DNA of 64,000 nucleotides from Eledone cirrhosa (Eukaryota): NCBI GenBank assembly GCA_964016885.1, contig OZ024756.1, positions 18,228,001 to 18,292,000 of the forward strand, read 5' to 3'. Shown piece by piece: positions 25,996 to 36,642 of this stretch (position 1 is its first letter; each line of letters starts with the position of its first letter). The notes under the pieces were generated by a model. It saw only the letters and a program-made list of their open reading frames with translations, ran no database searches and was not told where the DNA came from. The position numbers and the translations under genes were made by a program.

Positions 25996-26279
25996 CATAC
26001 ATACATACATACATACATACATACATACATACATACATACATACATACATACATACATAACTAGATACATTTTTACTTGTGTTTGTATATATATATATAT
26101 ATATATTTGTTTTTTGTTTTGTCTGATGAACGAGCTAGACGTTTCTGCAAGAATCATCTAGTTTCTCGAAACCTTCTGTAATGGAATAATTATATTGTGT
26201 TGTTTTATTATGTAATTAAATAGCTCTGTACTAAATATAGAGCACTCTTCTTTCCTTTACCTTTTCTACAGAAATACTT

Positions 26280-26317
<38 letters not shown>

Positions 26318-26441
26318 CATCATCATATATATATATATAAATATATATATATTCCTGCAGCTCTCAAGAATTAGAAACTAGCCTCTGATTCTTTAAGAAT
26401 CATCCTTGCTGAAGCCTGGGATCCTCTACGAAAAGCTAATT

Positions 26442-26524
26442 ATGGCACTAATAATCCTTCTTGTGGTAATGACAATGATGATGGTGATTACGGCCGTGTC
26501 CATCTCAAATCATCTGGTCACCTG
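26442..26524 (+). CDS. Putative signal-peptide exon of a small secreted peptide (exon likely starts at 26361)
   Basis: attATGG start; encodes MALIILLVVMTMMMVITAVSISNHLVT-TG|gtaaaa; acceptor ttcctgcag at 26360. Confidence 0.5.
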
Positions 26525-26742
26525 GTAAAATCATTTTATGATTCTTTTAGATGTTTTGGTTTGTTTGTTTGTTTGTTTGTTTTTTAAACTTATTCATGTA
26601 TTAAATTATTCATGTATCAACATCATCATCTGACCTTCCTCCTCTCTCTCGTTCCCCCCCTCTCTCTATCTCTTTGGCCCTCCTTCTCTCTCTCCACCCC
26701 CCATCAAACAAACACCATCATCATCATCATCACCACGACCTT

Positions 26743-26811
<69 letters not shown>

Positions 26812-27822
26812 CCCCTTCTTTCACTTCTCTCTCTCTCCCTCTCTCCACCCCCACCACTATCACACCACCACCATCATCATCATCATCATCATCATCACCA
26901 CGGCCTTCCTCCTCTCTCCCTCTCTCTCTCTGATCCCCTTCTTTCACTTCTCTCTCTCTCCCTCTATCCCTCTCTCTCTCTCTCCCTCTCTCCTTCTCTC
27001 CACCCCCACCACTATCACACCACCACCATCATCATCATCATCACCACGGCCTCCTCTCTCTCTCTCTCTCTCTCTCTGATCCCCTTCTTTCACTTCTCCC
27101 TCTCTCCCTCTCTCCCTCTCTCCCTCTCTCCACCCCCACCACCACCACCACCACCATCATCATCATTGTCATCATCTTCTTCCTCCTTTCTCTTTCACTC
27201 CTGCTTTCTCTCAACCACCATCACCATAATCATCATCATCGGCAACTAAACCAGCCCCCTGCGGGATTAAAAACAAAACCCGTCAAAGGGCAGAGGAACT
27301 CAGGGGAGTCAACGGCCAATAAATTGTTTTCTTGGTTGTTTTTTTAGCAAGAGACTTCTAGTCTCCATTAAGACATTTCTCTGGGAGAAGGTCACTCTAA
27401 TATAAAACCTGCGACTTCGTTTACACCCAATGATGTAGACCAGCTCTTCTTTTTGCGTAAATGCATTCGATGTTCAGAGAGTGGGGTTGGCCCCGTGCAA
27501 AGCCTTCCTCACTTAAAAAAACATCAAGAACAAGGATCGCTTGATATGTGACATTTTTGTGCGATGCATGGTATTGCTGGTCATAGGCAAGTCCCTAGCA
27601 GGACTAAAAACCCACATCTGTGATGCTCAAGCGATGGCATTACCCGAAATCGAATTGCAGCCATCTTATGTACGTATGTATGTATTGGTCTATGTATATG
27701 CATGTATGTATGTGTGTGGTGTGTGTGTGTATATCTATATATGTGTGTGTATGTATGTATGTATTATGTATGTATGTATGTATGTATGTATGTATGTATG
27801 TATGCATGTATGTATGTGTGTG

Positions 27823-27903
<81 letters not shown>

Positions 27904-27944
27904 CCCTGCTAGCGTGGAAAAATGATGATGATGATAATATATCA

Positions 27945-28430
27945 TCATCATCATCATCATCGCCGCCGTTTTACGTTCATTTTTCCACACTAGCATGGGT
28001 TAGACGAGTTGTCCTGTTGTGGGCAATGCCAGGTCAGGTGACCATGTCTTGCTCATACAGAACTGATTTTGACTCGATTTCTACAGCTGGATGCCCTTCC
28101 TGACGCCAACCACATTAACTGTGTGTTGGATGCTTTTTGTCATGACACCTACACCACTACTTTACAGTGTGGGCTGGGTGCTTTTTGACGTGACACTTAA
28201 CGTGGGAGGGTGGGTGGTATTGGGTGGGGCCATACTGTATATATGTGCTTCAGCTTCGATCTGTGCTCATGGGAAGTTGGGTTTTCTGCATCACTGCGTA
28301 ACGCCAGAGATCTCGATCCTATGTCATCGCCTTTGAAAGGTGAAATTGGGCATTGTCAGCTTGTATTACCTCATCCCAAGCCTTCCTGAGTCTTCCCACT
28401 CCAAGGCTGCCATCGACTTTGAATGCTCTA
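27945..28430 (-). mobile_element. RTE LINE 3' end and UTR fragment
   Basis: DGSLGVGRLRKAWDEVI on the minus strand plus the shared RTE 3' UTR and (CAT)n tail. Confidence 0.8.
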
Positions 28431-28472
<42 letters not shown>

Positions 28473-28591
28473 AGAGGGAAAGATAAGTTAATAAATGTAA
28501 TGAGAGGAAGGTAAACTTGTGGAAATGAAATAAAGGAGAAAAGAGAAGACATTCCTTGTGTTATACTTATTTCACTTTTTACTGCTTTCAG

Positions 28592-28630
28592 TCCTTGTCC
28601 GACGACGGTGCATGGATTCGATCCTGACAG
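28592..28630 (+). CDS. Putative 39-nt microexon of the small peptide: (C)PCPTTVHGFDPD(S)
   Basis: Acceptor ttcactttttactgctttcag and donor CAG|gtttgt; GC-rich island in AT-rich DNA; symmetric phase 2-2. Confidence 0.5.
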
Positions 28631-29199
28631 GTTTGTATGCTCCTAATTTTATCGATCTTTACTTATTAAACTGTTTAATAAACCTACATACTTATCTCCC
28701 TTTGGTATGTATTGGATCTCTGTCGGTTAAGAGTGCTCCAGTCCAGTTGTATGAACCGTGTGTATATGTGTGTGTGAGAAAGAATGTGTGTGTATGCGTG
28801 AGTGCATGTCTGTGTGTGTGTGTCTGTGTGTGTCTGTTTGTGTGTGTTTGTCTGTGTGTGTCTGTCTGTGTGTGCCTGTTTGTGTGTGTTTGTCTGTGTG
28901 AGTGTGTGTGTGTGTATGTGTGTATGTATGTGTCTATGTCTGTCTGTGTGAGTGTATGTGTCTCTATGTGTGTATGCGTATGTGTATATATCAGTATGTG
29001 TATGTGTGTGTGAGTGCATGTCTGTGTATGTGAGTGACTGTATGTGCATGCTTGTATGTGTCTGTTTGTGTGAGTGTGAATATGTGTGTCTGTCTATGTA
29101 TGAGTGAGTGTGTGTCTTTATGTGTGTATGCATATGTGTATGTATGAGTGTATGTGTGAATATGAGTATGTGTGTGTGTATGGGTATGTATGTATGTAT

Positions 29200-29248
29200 G
29201 CGCTGCTGGTGCTGTTACTGTTGGTGCTGCTGCTGTTGGTGCTGCTGT

Positions 29249-29279
<31 letters not shown>

Positions 29280-29308
29280 TCTGCTGCTGCTGGTGCTGTT
29301 ACTGTTTC

Positions 29309-29340
<32 letters not shown>

Positions 29341-29519
29341 TTGTTGCTGTTGCTGTTTCTGCTGCTGTTGCTGTTTCTGCTGATGTTGGTGCTGCTGTTG
29401 TTGTTGCTGTTTCTGCTGCTGTTGCTGTTGCTGCTGTTGTTGCTGTTGTTGTGTTGCTGTTTCTGCTGCTGCTGCTGCTGTTGTTGCTGTTGTTGTGTTG
29501 CTGTTTCTGCTGCTGTTGC

Positions 29520-29563
<44 letters not shown>

Positions 29564-29632
29564 CTTCTGCTCCTGTTGCTGTTGCTGCTGTTGTTGCTGT
29601 TGTTGTTGTTGTTGTTGCTGTTGTTGTTGTTA
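29200..29632. repeat. Compound (GCT/GTT)n trinucleotide repeat
   Basis: Direct inspection; it ends ~40 nt upstream of the acceptor at 29671. Confidence 0.97.
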
Positions 29633-29671
29633 TTTGATTTTTTTTCTTGTTTTGTGTATTTTTGTTCTTAG

Positions 29672-29711
29672 CGTGTCTGTGCGGCGTCCCGCCTTCTGCG
29701 GTGGCTACTGA
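29672..29711 (+). CDS. Putative last coding exon of the small peptide: (S)VSVRRPAFCGGY*
   Basis: Long T-rich acceptor ttttgtgtatttttgttcttag; phase 2 matches the upstream microexon; AATAAA at 30295-30300. Confidence 0.5.
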
Positions 29712-30999
29712 TAGTTTACCAGAATGCGATGGTGGAGTTGATGTTGAGCGCAATGTTTATAGTAGCCATGCTGATCATGACGCTGATGATGGAGAATATG
29801 ATGAGGTGGTCACTAAACAATGATGATGACTACTATTACATAGATGATGACTACGTTTGTTATGCTGACGTTGACGATGATAATTAAGATGTCGATCGTG
29901 TTGATTTCTGAAATAATATTTAGAGCATGTGTACGTAATTACTTAATGATTTTCACTTTAAATCTTATAATTCTTTTCTTTTAGACGAGCTGCGGGAGTC
30001 GTAGGGGTGCCGCTTTGCAATGTGGCGTATCGTGGGCATTGTTTTAAAACCAAGTGGCACCCATGTCTTCTCTAGGTCTGAATACAGCAGATTTCTTCCA
30101 GAGAAGAATAGAGAGAGTGAAAGAATGGAAGTGAGAAGGAGACAAAGAGGAAGAATTGACCCCAGTACTTGACTGGTACTTTTATTAATCAACCTCGAAA
30201 GGATGAAAGGCAAAGTTAAGCTTGGCAGGATTTGAACTCAGAGAGCTAGAACGAATACTGCAGAGCATTCTATTTGATGTCAATTCGTTCTTGTAATAAA
30301 AACTTTTTTTAATCTTATGAATTATCGAAGCTTTGGGTAATTTGGAATTGAAACATGTTGGAATCCCAAACGCAGAAAGTATCCAGTAGCTGACCACTTT
30401 TTTTCCGTCTGTAAGAATATTTTACCCGATTTTCTAAACTATTATTTAGAGCGATCGGCTGCTGTTAGTGTTATTTTATGAGTTTGGGAACCTCACATTA
30501 AAAAAGTTCACTTCAAATTACATTCGATTGATAGATAAAAATAAAATACTGATAACTGTTTGTTTGTTTTTTTTACTAATAAAATCATTAACGAATGGAA
30601 GCACACAGTATTGATTGATTTAAGCACAAGATCAACAATTCGTGGATAGGGGAAAAGTCGATTATATTGATCTCAGTGGGTTATTGGTACTTTATTTTAT
30701 CGACCCCGTAAGGATGAAAAGCAAAGCTGAACCTCGGTGGGATTAGAACTCAGAATGGGTAACAAACGATTACAATGTCTTTCACCCGACACACTAACAA
30801 ATGCACCGCCCTGGGAGAATACAATACTGAAGGTATTGTACTCTCGTTTCCGATTCCAACTAATTCTAATAGAAAGTTTTCACGAAAAGGGGAATTACAA
30901 TTCTCCCGTGTGTGTTGATACTCATCGTTTTGCGTTCAGTGGGTTCAGGATCTTTGAAGTAACGTTATTCGATTAAGTGTGTAGCTCGGAGATAAGAGA

Positions 31000-31345
31000 G
31001 TCACTCCACTACTTCTCCAAATTGAGAGATCACAGTTCCGATACTATAGGCATGTGATTAGAATGTCTCAGGAAAGAATCGTGGGGGTCACTCTAGGTAG
31101 AGCCACTACTTCCCCGAATTGAGAGATCACAGCTCCAATACTATGAGTATGGGGTTAGAATGTCTCAGGAAAGAATCGCTGGACAGATTTTTACAGGCAA
31201 AACCAACTGACAGGAGACCCAGGTGTAGACTCCGAGTAAGCTGGTCTCGCTTGGGGATCCAGCCGGATCAATTGGGGGTAGTTGCTTCTGATAAGACCCT
31301 CTGGAAGGATTGCTTGAGGACTCTGCACCTATGATCCTCTCAGGA
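31000..31345 (+). mobile_element. Degenerate RTE-type 3' fragment with internal duplication
   Basis: QAKPTDRRPRCR...LGI....VASDKTLWK remnant. The gagagatcacag...ttagaatgtctcaggaaagaatcg block occurs twice. Confidence 0.55.
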
Positions 31346-32439
31346 ATAAGTGGGCGAAGAAAAATAAGAAGGGTTAACCAGAACGAAAAAGAAGAAATAT
31401 TTATACGCCCCATTATTAGACTATATTGTAGTAAAATAATATCACGGCGAAGCTTATATTTCTACTTCAATTTTCTTTGTTTATTTGCTTTTATGATTTT
31501 TTTTTTGTTTTATTATTTTTCTTTATAATAATTTTACCCTACACTTTTATGTACCTGTGTGAGAGACTGTATGTGTGTGTGTGCCACCCTAATATGTCAC
31601 CCGCCTCGTGATCTCGGCCGACAACATGGAGAAGACATTGCACCAGTTGACGGCGAGGGAGATACACTGGAACAGTCACTACACCTCGCACCTGCTGGAA
31701 ACCAACTCACTTTCACTTTCGGTGAGATAAGGGGAACTAACTATAGTTATCCCCCTTTTTTTCCCTATCATTAAAATGTTGCTAGAGATTCTTGTGCTGT
31801 GGAATTTTATCAAATGTGTAAATCTCCTTAAGCTCTTGCTTTTAGTGAGAGGAAAATTAAATACAAGGGAAACGTCACAATTTTGGCTCTGGAAAAAAAC
31901 AAAACATTCTAAACCGAACTTTAATCGTTCTAATACTTTTATTTTCCTTTATATTTTTATAAATATGTTTCCATTTGATTTAAATAAATTTACATTTTGA
32001 AAGATTGTTTTTGGCAGAATGATAATTTCATATATTTAAAATATATGATTAAATTCAACTATTTTTTTACCAACTAACAAATGAGCGTTTATGTGGTCTC
32101 CCGACACATAGAAACAGCAGTCCAAAATGAAAAGGTCCTTGAGGAAAGGGTACTTTTTTTCTATGTTTCTGTTTTTTCTACAGAATCATATAGAATTTCA
32201 TAGAATCTAACTGTTGGAAACGTAAATTTCTCGGGAAAAAAAATTAAATGAATGATAAATTATGACAATTTATGTCGGATGCTTATTTCTAAACTTTATT
32301 TTATGATATTTAAATGAAATGTGATTTTATTTTTTTTTTTTTTTTATTTATTTATTATTACTTTGTTTTTGCTGTATTTTGTATTTTAATTGTATGTAAT
32401 CAAAATTTTTTGTTTGGCAGTTGTTTCTAGCAGGTAAAA

Positions 32440-32600
32440 GGAAGTATTTCGCGGGAAGATTGGAGGAGGCGGAGGAGTCGCAGAATGAAAGCATGCGCAC
32501 ATCGACTTCCTGCAACATCCGGAAACGAGGCGGGAATGTGTGTAAAATCTTACCACTAGTGTCTTTCCCCGTTGGGCAGCGAAAATCGACGTTAACTTTA
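32440..32600 (+). promoter_or_regulatory. NAA50 proximal promoter / 5' UTR, CpG-rich and TATA-less
   Basis: E2F-like TTTCGCGGGAA (32447-32457) and GGCGGGAA (32529-32536); NRF1-like GCATGCGCA (32491-32499); ETS-like GGAAGT, ACTTCC and CCGGAA (32440, 32505, 32519). All sit in an otherwise very AT-rich background. Confidence 0.65.
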
Positions 32601-32630
32601 GAAAAACAATACATACCAAGGCCTCCAGTC

Positions 32631-32638
32631 ATGACAAG
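32631..32638 (+). CDS. NAA50: NAA50 coding exon 1 (ATG ACA AG; M-T-R)
   Basis: gtcATGACAAG|gtggga directly downstream of a CpG-rich promoter-like patch. The phase-2 end fits exon 2 and gives MTRGRIELGD, matching the known NAA50 N-terminus (human MKGSRIELGD). Confidence 0.8.
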
Positions 32639-33934
32639 GTGGGACATTAGCTTCTAATTGGCTTTTATCTCTTACGTTTAAAAAATGTTCTCTTTCGTGT
32701 CATAAACTGTTTAAGTTTTCCTTCCCCTACAACCAGAATTCACCTGTACTCTCTCTCTCTCAATCTATTTGCCGTATTGAAGAATATATGTGATTTAATA
32801 CCTATCACCTAACGACCCTCCATTTCTTCACTTTTCGGCTCCTGTATTTTGGGAGGAGGGGATAATTTATTTTTACAATTACACCTGTTTCACGTTGGAA
32901 GCGAAAATCCTCATCTCGATATGTTTTGAACGAATCTGGCGTAAAAAGACCTTAAGAAAAAAAAATACGATTTCACCTCCAACGCCTGACGAATGTTACT
33001 TTAAAGATTTCCCGTTGTTTTATATATATATATATGTATCTGTCTTGTGTAGCATTCATAGCTTTTGTAATGACCAAGGATGGTTAACATTAACGAAGTT
33101 CCCATCGAGGACTCGAAACCGAAATCATTCTGTTGCTCCATCCATATTCTTCATGACAACCTTTTCTCCCTCGCACCTCCTCGGGATTATGAAAAGGAAG
33201 TGGATGAATTGAGATGCTGTGGTGTTCATTCTTTCCTTTATTAATAAATAGGGTTAGAGGTGAAACAGTGACATACATGACTGGGTCGCTTCTCTGACCG
33301 ACATCACGATGGTTTTTTTGCGGGAGTGGAGCGAACGAAACAGCTGACGACCCCTCTCATTCGCAGTGTCTTCGTAATTTTGAAACAAAATATATAATAC
33401 TCTATCTAAATTACTTAACTGCAGTTTAATAGAAGCCTCTGTAGAATATTAAGTTTCGTCGCTGCATTTCTAATGAAATACACTTCAGTTCCAATTAATT
33501 AATTAATTTTGAGGCATTTACTAAAATTAATTATCTAAATAGTAAGATAGGAATTTAACATGTTTTTTTACTTAAAATTATGCTGGAAGATATTTGTTTT
33601 ATTTAAATATCTCAGCGAAATGAGTAGTTTTGGTCTGGTTGGAAATATAAAAGTGGATTATAAATAACATTTGGTTATTCAACAGTAAATTTGGAGCTTA
33701 AAACATTTGTCTTCTTTTTTTCATAAAGATATTTTCGTAGAATTTTAGACTTAATTTCTACCATTCATGCATTCCTTTTGTATGAAAGTATATTTTCTGT
33801 CGGTGTGGATGGGAGTTAGGCTACTAAATATTATCTGTATGTATAAATGTTCAAAATCACCTTCATAGTTTGTCCATGTCTGTAAATGTTAGTGTGGCTA
33901 GCTAACTCAACTCCATTCGTCCTATATGTCTGCA

Positions 33935-33966
<32 letters not shown>

Positions 33967-34071
33967 ATGTAGTACACCTGAGCACTGTACACAATAATTT
34001 TCATTATTATATATGCGTGACTCTTAATTACACTAACATAAATGCAAACATTCACTAAATCGCCGCTGCAT

Positions 34072-34108
<37 letters not shown>

Positions 34109-34391
34109 CACACACACGCGCGCACATGCTCTACATAGAAACACGTGTGTATATGTTAAAATTTAATAAACATATTGTAACTTATATATAGTTCAAGAGT
34201 ATAAAAGTGTGAAAGGGAAGAAAAATGTAGAAAAGTTCAATTTTAACAAGGAGTTAGTTAAAATACGATAGAAACACATATATAAGCATATCTTATAATA
34301 CATGTGTGTGTATTTGTCTGTATACATACGCACACATACATATCTATAAAAGCGTGTGAATAGTCGAATATATACACTACATTGACAAAAT

Positions 34392-34440
<49 letters not shown>

Positions 34441-36215
34441 AACTCACTTGCATGGGTTGGAACGGGTCCTTCTTAGCACAGCACCTCTGCACACGCCGCT
34501 TATAAATATATATATATATATATACACACACATGTCTATATAGTGTATATGTGTATGCAAACACATCTATGTGTGTTTTGCGAGCATGCTCCATCGTATT
34601 GTAACTATTCCTTTGATAAATAAATAAATGTGTGTATATATATATATATAAACGATTATGTTCATAAAGATGTGTGAATGGGCATGTATATATATATACA
34701 CACGTTTATGCTTATAAAAGTGTGTGTGTATATATATATATATAAAGGAACAATAGAGGAATATATTAACTGACATACACCGGCACACAGTTATTACATA
34801 TCCTTACATGCACATGGTGGTATTTTAAGGCTGTTGATAATATGTCGCACTTAGCCTGTCATTATATTCCAAGAATTAATCCAAACACCCAGTTTTCAGT
34901 GTCGCTATTCTTCAGGTAATATATATATATAATGTGTTTCTGTTGGGTTCAGTCGGGGTGTAACCACAGTAAGTAAGGTACTCAATACATAGCAGAGTAT
35001 AACTGTTACATATAGAAATGGCTTCTACAGGACTAGAACTGTTTCGTTCGAAGGAAAGCCCTGATGATTTCCTTGCAATGAAACAGTTCTAGTCCTGTAG
35101 ATGACATTTCTATATATAAAAAAAGATGCCTATACAATACCAACGCATTGAGTACCTTTTTAAACTATGGTTGCCCCCCACCGACACGACACGTGAACAT
35201 ATATATATACATACATAACTTTCTTTACACGAACTTTTAGCCATGTGATATATATATATATAGTTATGTAATAAACAAGACAATTATTCCATTTACCAAA
35301 GGTTTCACGAAGACGGACGAGCTCGACACACATCTGAAATCGTTATATATATGTATGTGTGTGTATATATATGTAGGTGTGTATATATATAATATGTATA
35401 TGTGTATGCCATCATCATTTTACGTCCACTTTTCCCTGCTTGCAAGGGTGAGACGGGAACTGATTCTGGCCTGATTTCTACAGCTGGATGCCCTTCCTAA
35501 CACCAACCTCATTTACAGTGAGTGCTGGGTGCTTTTTTGCCGTGGCAACTTTGCAGTGGAATGATATTGACTCCAGTCCTATCATCTCATTTCTACAGCT
35601 GAGTAAAGTGGAGCAATGTGAAATAAAGTGTCTTGCTCAAGGAAACAACACATCACCCGGTCTGAGAATTGAACTCACAACCTTTCGATTGCAAGGCCAA
35701 TGCTCTAACCACTAAGCCATGTGCCTCCATGTGTGTGTGTGTGTGTATATAGATATGTATGTATATAGGCGCGTGGTTAGAGAATTGGATTCTCGGACCA
35801 GGCGATGCGTTATGTCCTTGAGCAAGAAACTTTATTTCACATTGCTCCTTCTACCTGGAGTTGCGACCGATAAAGAGTATTAGCAATTGGAAAGACCAAC
35901 GGAAACATTGTTTCCTCGGTCCGATTTGACGAAAGTCGATCGACTTATATATATATATGTGTGTGTGTGTATGTGTATATATATATATATATATATACAT
36001 ATGTATAAATAGATATACACGGAGAGAGGTAGGCATTCGCCGAAAAATGGAAGTTTTCTTTTCTTCTGAAAATAAATGTTAACTCTGCTCGCATGTATTG
36101 TGTGCTCATTCAGTTAATGTTTAAACGCCCACTTCTGTGTATGTGTGTGTGTGTATGTATGTGCACTGCACACAAACGCAGGTGCAAGGAAAGACTGGGC
36201 ATACATTCTACAATA

Positions 36216-36322
36216 CAGGGTGTCCACCCCCCAAAAAAAAAAATGTATACACACTTTACCTGTACAGGCAATATTTATTAGAATGCTGTTGAAGTGTGTA
36301 TATATATTTTTGGAACACCCTG
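36216..36322. mobile_element. Tc1-type MITE
   Basis: TA|CAGGGTGT...ACACCCTG|TA with extended internal complementarity. Confidence 0.7.
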
Positions 36323-36568
36323 TATATATATATATCTATGTACATGTGTTGCCAGGTTAGATATTAAAGGTGAGAGCCATTATCTGGCTCAATCAACTGT
36401 CTGCATATTTTCAGGTAGAAAATTAAAACTGCTGTGCTTCTCTTCAGAATGTTGACTAGCCTATAATTTTAATTTGGATTGAATGGATACTAACCAGGTA
36501 GATATGTGCTTAGGTTGTTTCCAGGTGTTAAGTAAATAGTTCCAGTTCTGGAGAGGTTGGTGTTAATA

Positions 36569-36642
36569 CAGTGAAATTCCGTTATAATGAAATTAACTGG
36601 GTGGAGATTGAAAAAAAATTCGTTATAACAGAATTTTACCTG
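36569..36642. mobile_element. pogo/Tigger-type MITE
   Basis: TA|CAGTGAAATTCCGTTATAA...TTATAACAGAATTTTACCTG|TA. Confidence 0.6.

Noticed and set aside
29104-29753. Poly-Q, poly-L, poly-C and poly-A ORFs
   Set aside because: They are readings of a stop-free (GCT/GTT)n microsatellite, open in several frames. Only the last 40 nt (29672-29711) are kept as a candidate exon.
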